Shown here in pieces: positions 1 through 12,609 of a stretch of DNA of 64,000 bases. The stretch lies in NCBI RefSeq assembly GCF_009914755.1, contig NC_060931.1; one strand, given 5' to 3'. The position numbers and the translations under genes are program-made. The notes under the pieces were generated by a model. The model made no database searches, was not told where the DNA came from, and saw only the letters and a list, made by a program, of their open reading frames with translations. The stretch's first letter is position 1; each line of letters starts with the position of its first letter. Source of the DNA: the human T2T-CHM13v2.0 reference genome, Homo sapiens.

Positions 1-1456
1 TGTCCATATAGTCCTATTGTAACAAAATACTTTGTTTTTCACCTTTTTCAATATGAATTTCAGAATACCTTGAAACCTGTTATAAAAAGCCTGTTAAAAT
101 TTGCTTTGAAGTTGTGCTAAATTCATACTAATTTTCAGAAAGTTTTAGTACATTGTTTTTACTGTATCTAGTATTTTTGTGTTTTACACTTACCCATTCC
201 CATTTTTGTTTTGTAATGTGCTATTTCTAAGTTTCAAACACTATCATATAATACATTTCTTTTTGTTTATTATGTGTTTCGATTTGGATTTTTACTGATA
301 AAGGTAAAAAAGATGAATATGAAGTGACCTCTTCTTTCAAATTGGTCACATCCTGGTGGTTGTACTCAGGTCATTTTAATATACAACCTCTGACTAAAAC
401 CATTGCTTTTAGAGCTAGCTACTATTACTCATTTTTCTCGTCATCATGTATTTGTCAATTCCTTGTTTATTCTTTTTTTTTTTTTAAATATAGGTACGTA
501 CCCTAATTGTAAAAGAAGTGTGGTCCTATTTTTTTTCAGTGACAATTTTACTTCTGTTTACTTCTGTCTACTATAGTAACCATGTAACACAATTTGTTCA
601 GGGTCCTTTTATAGCTGCTGGGAACCTTTGCCAAGAAAGTTGCACCAAAATATAAGTATAGACAGGGAAGCTAGGTTTAGGTATATTAGCCATTGGTTTG
701 TTATGGGTTCAAATAAGGATAGGTAGTTGAAAATTATTTGAATGTCTGTATTCTGTTTAGAATTGGAGTGATTTTGAACATGATAATTTAATTTGAACTA
801 GGTCATTTCTGATGTTAATAATAAGTTGTCTTCTCTAGGTTTCTGCATTCTCCTTATTAATTCTTGAGCTTCTTAATTTCTAGGATGTGTTTTCTCCCTG
901 TGTCCTTCCCTAATCTTACACCTGTTGCTCCTCAATTTGTGTGTATGCACATGTACATGTAAGGATTTTTCTGATGAATGTTCAGGGAGCAGTGCTGTAC
1001 TTAGTTTTACCTTACTTTTGCCAGATTCTACTAAAAATTTTACGTGAGTTTAGCCCTGTTTATTCAACTAAATAAGATACTTGGGAATTTATATCTAAAG
1101 GAAGAATCTCAGTCATTGTAAATAAATGACCTAAAGTCATTATTGTGGAAATCAATCAGAGAAATCCCTTTCTGGAGTTTTACATCCTTTTTGGAACTCT
1201 TTTGGTATGACAGCTATATGACTTTAACACTTCGGAAGTAATTGGATTTGGTGTTTATATATCAACTTCATAGTTAAAAAAAAAAAAAAGACTAGCGTAG
1301 TACTTTAATTTTAGATTACAACTTTGCATCATTAAAAAACAGTAAAGGATCTGGAACCAAGGACCCATATAGGAATCGAAGAGGCATGTAATGAACATAA
1401 GACTAATATACTAATTATGTATGGTGCTCTTTTGCTGACTACTTCTTCCATTTTAG

Positions 1457-1549
1457 ATAATGAAAGAAATCCAAGAACATAAAATTAAAATATACGAATT
1501 TCCAGAAACAGATGATGAAGAAGAAAATAAACTTGTTAAAAAGATAAAG
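1457..1549 (+). CDS. SEPTIN7: Septin-7 coding exon (probably exon 8), [31 protein letters not shown]
   Basis: cttcttccattttag acceptor, AAG|gtaggt donor; 93 nt, phase 0/0; translation matches human SEPT7 as I recall it. Confidence 0.97.
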
Positions 1550-1916
1550 GTAGGTTCATCCCTGTACACACGCTAAAGTAATCTGAGGCCTTAAAAACAT
1601 ACTACAGCGTCCACAGGAAAGATCAAAAGTATCAGTGTTTTAAGTAGTTGGCTTACAAAATACCTAGGGAGATTTAATGTTGAATTCAACTTTATAGTTA
1701 ACTTTGAAGATTAGCTAGTATATATAATAAGGAATTGTATAAACTACTGAGGTGAATAACACAATTCTTATTTCAAAGTGTTTTTAATTAACTGGCTTTC
1801 ATATTATGTAATTTTTTTCTCTTAAAAAACAAGTGATGAGAAAGGAGAGAATTCGTTCTGTTATGTTTTAATTGCCAGACAAAAATGTATTTATTTTGTC
1901 TCTATAAAAGCCAACC

Positions 1917-2175
1917 AAAATTACAGCTAGATAGGAGGAGTAAGTTCTAGCGTTCTGTAGCATTGTAGGGTGGCTGTAGTTAACAGTAATTTAGTCTATA
2001 TTTTCAGATAGCTAGAAGAGGATTATGAATGTTCCCAATACAGAAAAATAAGTTTGAATTGATAAATATGCTAATTACCCTAATTCAATCATTACATATT
2101 TGTATAAAGTTATCAGAATACCATACTGTACCCCACAAATGTGTACAATTATGTTTCAATTAAAAACAATAAAAA
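1917..2175 (+). mobile_element. L1MA-type LINE-1 3' end fragment
   Basis: aaaattacagctagataggagg...tgtaccccacaaat L1MA 3' UTR motifs, A-rich tail, flanking repeat ccaaccaaaa on both sides (TSD-like). Confidence 0.8.
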
Positions 2176-2865
2176 CCAACCAAAAATTCACATCAACATA
2201 TTTTCTGTATTTTATCATGGTTTTCTATGTACTTTGGCCCTAAAAATGGTATACTGAATAATGGCATTATGTAGGCAAATATCTTGGAATAATGAAATTC
2301 TTATACATTGCCTGTGAAGAATTTCTGCAGTTGTAAATAGCTGCTTAGGTATTTCTGGGAGCCACAGAATTGTGAAGGGCTGAACATGGATGAACACAAA
2401 TCCAGTCACCAGGATTTGAATTTCCAAAGTTAGAGCTTAACAAATATACTATTACCTGGTTTAGGTACTGTTATAGTTGGTTTGTGATCAAGTAGGCAAG
2501 CTAGTCATTAGCCCCCCGCTTTTTTTCCCCCAAATGCCAATATAGTTTTTACCTTTTATCCCCCCCCAGGTATGGGACAACTTTCTGTAGTGATTTTTAG
2601 TAAATAATTTGACCAGTATATGCTTGAATATTCTTAACATTAAAGAGAAAATTTAATTTTATTTATTGTTTACCTTGGTGGCAATACCATGTGATGGCAG
2701 TTTACTAAATATTTGTTAAATGGCCTATAAAAACTAATGCAGAAACTATCGAAAGTAAATTTTTTTTTTTTTTTTGGCTAACCTGTTGAGTAATGTAACT
2801 TTTTTTATTTTTGAATTTGTGAGGACTACAGAGATGTATTTGAACAAGAATACTTTGTTTTATAG

Positions 2866-2962
2866 GACCGTTTACCTCTTGCTGTGGTAGGTAGTAATAC
2901 TATCATTGAAGTTAATGGCAAAAGGGTCAGAGGAAGGCAGTATCCTTGGGGTGTTGCTGAAG
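2866..2962 (+). CDS. SEPTIN7: Septin-7 coding exon, [32 protein letters not shown] (start of septin unique element)
   Basis: tttgttttatag acceptor, GAAG|gtaaga donor; 97 nt; septin motifs LPLAVVGS and RGRQYPWG. Confidence 0.97.
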
Positions 2963-3194
2963 GTAAGATTTTCTTCAGTGAATGACTTTCTAAAATATCT
3001 CAAAACTGATTAAAAATTTGTATTTATAGTAAGTAGTACAGTATGCACACTGTATTGATATAGTCTAGATTTTCAAGGATAATACTGATTTCAGGTTCTT
3101 GTAGTCTCAATTTTCTCTTTAAGTACATTGGTATTTTTCAAACCTGTATCCTACCAAGTCAGGCAAGTGTGTGTTAAGTCCTAAAGTTGTAGTA

Positions 3195-3422
3195 TAGGTT
3201 GAACATTCTTAAAGAGAAAATTCAAAATGTGAATTGCTCCAAAATAAAACGTTTTGAACACTGACATGCTGCTCAAAGGAAGCGCTCACTGGAGCATTCT
3301 GAATTTTGGATTTTTGGATTAAGGATGCTCGACCAGTAAGTATAGCACAGATATTCCAAAATTCCAAAAAAATTCAAAACACTTCTGGTCCCAAGCATTT
3401 CAAATAAGAGATACTCAACTTG
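3195..3422 (+). mobile_element. Tigger4a/MER46-type TcMar DNA transposon remnant
   Basis: Degenerate terminal inverted repeats taggttgaacat...atactcaacttg; internal cacttctggtcccaagcattt. Confidence 0.75.
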
Positions 3423-4802
3423 CCCCACCCTGGCTGGCATCCTGCCTCATCATTAAGTCTATTTCTGTTTTCATATTTGAAAACATAACTAAAATTGAGG
3501 GGTTCTTTACCTGGGGCCCAGAGTTTGCTCCCAGGGAATCTAATGAACCACCTGGAATCAAACATTTGGAGAGAAGGCCAGTCACTTTTATCGGAACGTC
3601 AGATGGTCATGGACCCTCAAGAATGATTGAAGAAATTTGTAAGCCCAGTTAAAACATCCACAGTCTTCTTTCCTCAGTGCAAAAGTTGCCCTTTTTGATA
3701 TCTCATATTTAGAGTAAAAAAATTTCGTTAATAAGAGATCCTCTTTACTAGTTTTGTAAGGAGTTTTTTGTTTTCTTTTTTAACCTGCTATCTTAAATTA
3801 TTAAGGGTTAAGTAAGGAGTTTTAAATACCAATAAAATCTTAGTTATAACACCAAGCCTCAGAAGTACTTCCTCTTGGCAATAGGTTTATTGTATTGGTT
3901 TAATCTGATACTTAATCTTCTGTATTATAGTAAGCTGAAACCAAAATTGAGATTTGATTGTTTTATCTGTTTGTTGCTATTATTTTTGAACTTCGTTTTT
4001 TTTTTTAAGAGACAAGGTCTTGCTATGTTGCCCAACTGGCCTCAGAATCCTGAGCTCAAAGTGATCCTCCCACATCATGCTCCTCCCACATCACGTCACT
4101 ATAAGCACACACCACTGCCCCTGGTTTATTTTGAACAATTCTTTAATTTTTAGGATATTGTTTCAGGTAACTGTCCTTATTGGCAATTTTCCCATCAGTG
4201 ACCTGTGTACCTTGTTCCCAGCTCTCTCTATCATGCCCAGGCAACTTTTACTTGCTGAGCTGGGGCTTTAGAACTTACCCCTTAAAAATACGCACCGGAG
4301 AAATTGATTTGCATCTCTCTTTTGTAGTTTACCCCTCTACTCCCAAGTAATATTCCTATTTGTGATACATTCTTTAAAAATAAAAGTAAAGAACCTGAAA
4401 GTTCTTGGCTCCCTTTTTCATTTTGGTTACCTTAAGATTTTTTCTAAAGTGATTCTCCCTTCACTCACACCACTGAATTTTTTAAATGTATTATAGAATA
4501 AATATATTTTTTACCAATAATAAGATTTCCCCTTTCAGAATTTCAAAGTTGTTTCTGGAGAGTTCATTTGTTAGGTTTACATATCTATTTCTGAGGATTA
4601 AACTACAATAAGGCAATAATAGAGTACACTTCTCTGTCATGCCCTCACATTGAGTGTACTATGTTAGTGTTAAATCTCAAAAAAATTGATCTGTTTTGCA
4701 TTTCCTCTTCTTGTTTTTACACCCCAAGTTCCTGTGAAATATTTTTTGAAAAGACTAGGTTTAGTGGAAATATAACATATGCGGTCTGCTTTTTTCTTAC
4801 AG

Positions 4803-4854
4803 TTGAAAATGGTGAACATTGTGATTTTACAATCCTAAGAAATATGTTGATAAG
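4803..4854 (+). CDS. SEPTIN7: Septin-7 coding exon, (V)ENGEHCDFTILRNMLI(R)
   Basis: ttttttcttacag acceptor, AG|gtaagt donor; 52 nt, phases compatible with neighbours; septin HCDF motif. Confidence 0.97.
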
Positions 4855-6341
4855 GTAAGTGCAAGCAATGATGGAAATAGCATAAGATTTTCTTTCCCTA
4901 AGTAAGAGTTGGACAGATTTACTTTTTGCCTTCTATAAATGTAGCTAATTTAAATTTATATCTTCAGTCTAGCCATGAAGTAAACACTACATATAGATGA
5001 TTCTTTCTCCAAGGTTTTGAAGTCATGAGCAAAAGTTGCAAAGTAATTTGTCTAGGGATACATAGGAAAATTAGTCTCTTTATCATTATACTTTGTGTCG
5101 AGATTTAATACTGAAATAACTATGGAAAGTGAAGTAGAAGAGGCTCTTTTTTCTTAATGTGAAAACCTTGTGAAAACTATATAAGAGAAGGCTAGTTTTT
5201 GAGTCCAAAGCTAGAATTTGAATGTTAAAAGGTGCACAGCCTGGTAGCTGGTGAGTAGGGCACATTTTATGTACTGGAACATAGTGAATAAAACCAGTAT
5301 TCCTACCAGGTGAGAAATCCCTAAATTGTGTCTTACACACCTGCTGAAAGAGAAGGAAAGCCTATGGGAGCAGGACATCGAGGCCATCCTGATTAGAGGA
5401 CCAGGACTGGTAAAGAGGATCTCTTACTAATGAATTAGAAAAGCAGCAGCAGAGAGGAAATCATGAAGAAAAAGTGTAATAGGACTAGAGATGTTAGTAG
5501 ACAAGGAGCAGAAAGGGCATCAAAATGATCCTCAGTATTTTCATGTTGAGACACATTCATTCCCCTCCCTACCTGACTCCGCATTTCCCACTTTTCTCTC
5601 TTGCTTCTCTACACCTTTACCACATACTCTCTTTAACCTTCAGTTTTAGATGTCTGTCTTTAGTTGATATCTATTAATTTTCATACCTCTACCCACTTTC
5701 CCAAAACATAAGAATCTCTTTTGCTGTGTAAAGAAAGGTAGTTACATAAATATGGATAATAGTTGGAAATCATGGAATAACAAGAGGTCATTCTCAAGGT
5801 GAGAAGTGAGGGGGAAAATTTAAGACAGTCAAACTGCTACCTCAAGAAATACAATAGAGGTGAGAGTGAATTTTGAAATTAAATAAATGGCATGTAATTG
5901 ATCTTTATTTTCAAAGGAGCAGGTGTTCTTGGTAGGAACTACATGATAGGATTAATTCAGCAGTTGAGGTTGCCAGGCCTCACTTAGTGGAGAAGAGCAA
6001 AAGCACGAGAAGGTCATCTTCTGGGTTTTGAGAATACAACACTTCAGGCTCTATTATGAACCATTCCCTTCCTCTTCCATTCTTAAGGTGTGACTTCAAA
6101 AGAATACATATTAATAATATAATCTGCTATGACAGTATATAAGTAGAGAATGTTTAATAAATACTAATTTACCATTGCATTCCTCTTGTTTTTAAATCTT
6201 CTATGGTACTTGCCTAGTGCTTGACACAATGGCATTCTATAACTTTTTCTTGTGTATTTTAAAAGTATACAATCAATAATTTCCTACATACCTAAAACAC
6301 TGTAGAGGGGAAAGCTAGTTACTGAGCCAGAGGCTACTTTG

Positions 6342-6625
6342 TTGAGATGGAGTCTCACTTTCTTGCCCAGGCTGGAGTGCAGTGGCACGATCTTGGCTCG
6401 CTGCAGCCTCCACCCAGGTTCAAGTAATTCTCCTGCCTCAGCTTCCTGAGTAGCTGGGATTATAGGCATGCACCACTACACCTGGCTAATTTTTGTATTT
6501 TTAGTAGAGACAGGGTTTCACCGTGTTGGCCAGGCTGGTCTCAAACTCCTGACCTCAAGTAAACCACCTGCCTCAGCCTCCCACAGTGCTGGGATTACGG
6601 GCTTGAGCCACCACACCCACCCAGC
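6342..6625 (-). mobile_element. AluS element with 15-bp TSD and almost no A-tail
   Basis: Alu consensus; ccagaggctactttg at 6327-6341 and 6626-6640. Confidence 0.95.
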
Positions 6626-7513
6626 CCAGAGGCTACTTTGAATATTCGAAGGTTCACAGCCTGGCGGCTAGTGAGGGACCTCCCTAGTATAAGCATTACA
6701 GAGCAAATTGACCATGCCTGCAGGAAGATTTAATACAGCAGAGCAGCAAGACTTTTATGCCTAAAAATTCTAAAGTTATTATTAAAAAGATGTGTATTTA
6801 ATTTAGCTCATGTCTTTAAGACAAAGCCATCTAGTGGATATTTAATAAATACTTGAAGGAAGGAAATAAAATACCAATACCAATATTACAGATGTCTGTA
6901 AATCCCAAATAATTGAAATCTTGCAGGTCAAAGGAATAGTGATTGCTTCTAAGAAAGAGGCAAGTTCAAAGAAGTTCTCTTGCTAATTAAGAGAACTAAC
7001 TTACTCCAGGCAAACCAAGGAAGACGATGGAAAGGAGGAAAACTATACAAATATTTTCAGGGTGTGGATATGGGTGTTTCAGAAATCAAATGGGGAAAGA
7101 AAACAAAAGGAGAACAGAAAGAGTTACGATATCAGCAATGGGAAATGGAAGAGACAAATTCCTGAAACTGTGGGGAAACTATTGCTAATTAACAAATTAT
7201 TTTGAGAATGGAGGAGTGGGTTGAATCATAAAATGATAAAGTATATTTAAATGGAAATAAAGACTTTCATAACCTGAAAAAATCAGAATTATGTAGTCGT
7301 ATAGAAGACTTTAGTGATTTTAGTGAAAAGAAAAATTATTCATTATCTAAAATATTAGATGACACTAACAAAAATAACTTAACAATTAGTAAATTCACCT
7401 TACTTTTATCTTACACATTCATGCAAACATTTCATGTAAGTTTTCTTCCTTAGGACCTTTAACGATTTTTCAGTGATGCAGTGATGATATGTAATATATA
7501 ATAAATAAAATCA

Positions 7514-7835
7514 GGCCAGGTGCAGTGGTTCACACCTGTAATCCCAGCATTTTGGCAGGCGAAGGTGGGAGAATTGCTTGAGCTCAGGAGTTCAAGACTG
7601 GCCTGGGCAACATGGTGAAACCTCGTCCCTACTAAAAATACAAGAAATAGTCGGGCGTGGTGGTGCATGCCTGTAGTCCCAGCTACTCAGGAGGCTGAGG
7701 TGGGAGGATGGTTTGAGCCTGAAAGGCAGAGATTGTAGTGAGCTGAGATCGTACCACTGCATTCCATCCAGCCTGGGCAACAGAGCGAGACCCTGTATCA
7801 AAAAAAAAAAAAAAAAAAAAAACGGAAAAGAAAAA
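7514..7835 (+). mobile_element. AluJ-like element
   Basis: ggccaggtgcagtgg start, dimeric structure, poly(A) tail. Confidence 0.95.
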
Positions 7836-8524
7836 TTAAATAAACATTGTTTTATATTGGCATAGGTATTTGTTATTTTTCTCCACTTAGAGAAACTGGT
7901 TCCAAAAAGTGTTTATCATATCTCAGCTTCAATCTTGAGTTATGAATTCTGTTAAAATTCCTATCATCTGCTATCTGCATTGGGATGCAAAAGGTAATGG
8001 CATGTTCCTTGTAAAGGGGATCTTACAGTTGAAGAGATATGATGACACCTGTGACGTATACTTGTACCAAAAATGAATGACAACCAAGGAGGAAATGGTC
8101 ATGGTTGGAATGCTTTGATGTCAAGGCTGGGAAAAAGGTTTCCAAAGCAATTAAGTCTTTGACGAGAGATTGACAAATTAGCATGAACTGTTCAGTGTCA
8201 GCCGCCAGATATGCCAGGAGTAGGGAGCTGCCTGACTTGCCTGAAGTGGAGTGGTAGAACTTCAGAAGTAACTATTGTGGCTATAAGAGAACGTGAATTT
8301 ATTGAGGGACAGAGTCTGGGAGATGAGATTTTTGGAAAAACCAGACTTAGGACTAAGGGGAGTCAACTATCAGAGAATTGCATGGAAATGTCAGTACGAA
8401 ATGAATCAGAGTAATTGAATATCACATTTTGTTCCCAAAGGGGGAGATTCAAGAAGCTGGATTGTGAAGTAACAGTAAAGGTTCTCTGGTTGTAAGGAAT
8501 GATAAAAACAGTACAACAATACAC

Positions 8525-8820
8525 TTTTTTTTTCTTTTTAAGACGGTCTCTTGCTCATGTACTCAGGATGGAGTGCAATGCGTGATCTTGGCTCACTGCA
8601 ACCTCCACTTCCTGGGTTCAAGCGATTCTCCTGCCTCAGCCTCCCAAGTAGCTGGGATTATAGGTGCTTGCCACCACGCCCAACTGATTTTTGTATTTTT
8701 AGTAGAGATGGGGTTCCACCATGTTGGCCAGGCTGGTCTCGAACCCCTGAGCTCAGGCAATCTGCCCGCCCCGGCCTCTCAAAGTGTTGGGATTACAGGT
8801 GTGAGCCAGCGTGCCCAGCC
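8525..8820 (-). mobile_element. AluS element
   Basis: Alu consensus; TSD aacaatacac at 8515-8524 and 8821-8830. Confidence 0.95.
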
Positions 8821-9644
8821 AACAATACACCTTTGTGTTTGTCTCCCAGAAGGGAGTTTTAGTAAAGTGGTGAAGATGAATGATGGCAGATATAGGAAGT
8901 TTGAGATAGAATGGATGATGAGAAGAGAGAGGACTGACAATACGGTATTGCCACACCATGTATATCCAAGAACACTACATTGGTAAAGGATATCCATAGA
9001 GCAGCTAAGGATATCTTCAGTGTCTTGAATTATTAAATAATGATGACATCATCTCATATGTATTGTAGACTTATATATATTGATTTTATATATGATAGAA
9101 ATGCTGTAAGCAAAAATTTGTTTAACCGAAATACCACTTTCACTAGACAGTTTGAAGAAACAGAAAATTACTCTAAAATTTCCTTGTTTGAAAACAACTT
9201 GATATGTGATCTGAAATTTATTATTATGTATTAATAAAAACTCATATATTACCTTAGTAATATTGCTAAAAGGCAGTGTCTTTTAGATTTTATGAGCTTC
9301 AGTAGTGGCCAATCTGCACTCTGTTGTCTAGTATTTAAATAGATAATATAAAGATGAATACTCTTTCATAGAAAGGTCATCCTTCAGTAACTGTTTTTGG
9401 GGATTTATAGGTCTTAAAATGTCACTGGAATCTAAATTTGGTGTCAAGTTAGCTTATTTTTTGTTGGTTTACTTTGAGTGTAAATGAAAACAGATGAATG
9501 CCACCTTCCTTAACAATAGTCTTTTGTTCATTTTAAATCTGAAATTTTTGTTTTGGTAAAATTTTGAATTCATATTAAAACTTTTTAAGCTTTTTTCCCC
9601 CTAGCTATTAATAGAAGCAAACTCTTGCTGTTTGTTTATGACAG

Positions 9645-9770
9645 AACACACATGCAGGACTTGAAAGATGTTACTAATAATGTCCACTATGAGAACTACA
9701 GAAGCAGAAAACTTGCAGCTGTGACTTATAATGGAGTTGATAACAACAAGAATAAAGGGCAGCTGACTAA
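9645..9770 (+). CDS. SEPTIN7: Septin-7 coding exon, [41 protein letters not shown](K)
   Basis: tgtttatgacag acceptor, AA|gtaagt donor; 126 nt, phase 2/2; septin HYENYR motif. Confidence 0.97.
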
Positions 9771-10266
9771 GTAAGTATATATTTTTTTCTCCAAAAAGGT
9801 ATTATTTCTGTAGTCAATAATCATATTGTTTCATTTTCATTAAATTTCTTCTGGCTACTCAGTAGAAAATTTGGATAATGTTCTTTATGCACAGCAGCAT
9901 AAATTTATATTGTTATGCTTTGTTAATAGTAGAAGCTTTTTTGAATGAACCATTTTGATAGTTTTCACTTACAAATTATGTGGAAACAAAGGACAGGCTT
10001 TAACAAAAGGAATATTTAGATGAATTTGTTCTTGGTTACCTTCTCTATTCCTATTCCAGGGAGTAAATTAGCTGGAGTTTCGTTTTCTTCTTTTGGTTGT
10101 TAGAGTGGTGTAAGTGACTACCAAGTGTGTAGCTTTGCCCTGTTGAGCTTATATCTCAAGCTGTGGTGGTTTCATGTTGGGGTCGAAAAAAGAGATGTGT
10201 GAGGAAGCTGGTAACCATGTCTGTGCCCTACTTTTTAAAAATCTGTCATTATTGAAAATCATAATT

Positions 10267-11073
10267 ACATCATATGTCACTTAACAGTGGGGATACATTT
10301 CTGAGAAATGTGTCATTGGGCTATTTTGTCATTTTGTAAACATCATAGAGTATCTACACAAACCTAGATGGTAGAGCCTTCTACACACCTAGGTTATGTG
10401 GTCTAGCTATTCCTTGCAGGCTATAAACCTATACAGCATGTTACTGTACTGAATGTTATAGACAGTTGTAACATAATGTCAAGTATTTGTGTATCTAAAC
10501 ATAGAAAAGGTGCAGTAAAAATACAGTGTAAAAGATTAAAAATGGTATATCTGTATAGGGCACTTGGTTTGAATGGAGTTTGCAGGACTGGAGATTGATT
10601 GCTCTGGATGAGTCAGTGAGTGTGCAGTGAGTGAACGTGAAGACCTAGGACATTACTGTACACTACTGTGGACTTTATGAACACTGTACACTTAGGCTAT
10701 ACTAAATTTATTTTTTAAATTTCTCTTCAATAATCTTACTTTGCTGTAACTTTATTTTATAATAACTTAAATTTTAAAAAACTTTTTGGTTCTTTTGTAG
10801 TAACACTTAGCTTAAAACACAAACACATTGAACAGATGTAGAAAGATATTATCTTTATAATCTTTATAAGCTTTTTTCTATTTTAAAAGTTCTTTCTTTT
10901 TTCATTTATACCTTTTTTTGTTGTTGTTAAAAACAAAGACATAAACTTACACATTAGCCTAGGCCTACTCAGGGTCAAGATCATCAAGATGCCACTGGGC
11001 AGTAGGAATCTATGGGCCACCATCATATATGCCATCCCTTGTTTACTGAAATGTCATTATGCAGTACATAGCT
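10267..11073 (+). mobile_element. Tigger3 (Golem) family DNA transposon, internally deleted
   Basis: cacttaacagtggggatacatttctgagaaatg...acacaaacctagatggta 5' part; gaaatgtcattatgcagtacat 3' end. Confidence 0.85.
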
Positions 11074-12410
11074 ATATTGCAAAACCATTTTAAATAATGT
11101 GCATTTGTAGCTAGGTGTTATCTACAATTAGACGATAATCCTGAAGGATCAACTATATAAATACGAAAGACAAGTTCTCAAAATAGCTATAGTATTTTCC
11201 ATAGTGGTTAACATGCCTTATAATGGAATAGAAAAATGTCCCTTCTTAAATATTTAAAATACAAGATTCTGTTTGAGGTAAGCCTCAATATGTGAACAAA
11301 AGGAAGGCTTTTTATCTCTTTTGAGCAAAATGTTTATTGAGTAACTTTGGCACAAAAATGTAAGGACCCATCATAGTGAATATTGTTCATAAAATCCTAA
11401 TTCACTTTAAACTTATCATTAACGATGCACTTTTTAACTCATTAAAAGAAACGCATACACAAAGCTACTGATAATTTTGTATGTTAAAGTACTAGTACAT
11501 ATTTTTTGTTAAATATATGTACTTATTCAATATATTTTTTAAAACATTTGTTAAGTTGTAGATAAAAGGAATTATTTATTTGTTCCCATGTCTCAAATAT
11601 AAGGCTTTTTAAAGTAGTGCTGTTGGATGCAGTTAAGATAATTCATGGAAAAATAGAAAACTTTACAGTATCATTAAGTTTCTTTCTGCATATACAAAAT
11701 TCTACTGTGTGGATACATGAGTTAAACTATATCCCAGGTGAAAACATAATTAGTAGAATTCTACTGGAAATATATCTCTTAAAGAGAGGAATCATGACCA
11801 TACTTTGCCTATGCAAATAAAAAAAGAAATGTTTGCATTGCTAAAAAGCAAATTGGCCCAGGAGCTAGCATAATATTTTATTTTATGTTAATAATAAATA
11901 GGAATTAGACTGTTACTACTTCATTGAATAACGCATACTGAACCTGAAAGAAATCGCTTAGAAGTTTTATCTATTAGTTGTATCTGACATTGTCTTGAAA
12001 ATGTTAGCAATTTCAAAAAATATTTTTGTTAAATTTTTCTTTAAAAGTCATTAACAACTTATGGTGCTTTAGCTGATGTAAGGTGCTTTTCCTCATAGCT
12101 CAGTACATATCCATGAATAACTGAAAAGAAAGACTAATGTTTAAATAAGTGAAGTAGGTGTGAGTTTAGGCTTCTTTTAATGTTCTTTTTGTATTGCTCT
12201 CATGTGACTCTCCATAGCAACGTATTCTTTGACAGTGGTAGTGGGGAGGGGTTGAGAGTTGCAAGAATTTTGGAATGGAAGGTGAACCTATTGAAAATTT
12301 ATAGTTAAATTGATCTTTGGCAATGTATGTTTCACAAAGTGCTAATCACACTTTGGTTTTAGAATATAAGCTAAACTTTTTAAAGATGTTAGACATTGAA
12401 TAGTAAAATA

Positions 12411-12609
12411 CATTCATGTGCCACATAATGATGTTTCAGTCAATGACCGACTGCATATACAAGATCCCATAATATCGTGTGTCTATACCATAGAGCCTAA
12501 GTGTGTAGTAGGTTATACTATCTAAGGTTGTGTAAGTACACTATGTTGTTGAACCGATGACAAGTGAATTTCTCAGAATGTATCCCCGTTGTTAAGCAGT
12601 GCATGACTG
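12411..12609 (-). mobile_element. Short Tigger3-family element, inverted relative to the one at 10.3 kb
   Basis: ctcagaatgtatccccgttgttaagcagtgcatgactg is the reverse complement of the Tigger3 5' terminus. Confidence 0.8.
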
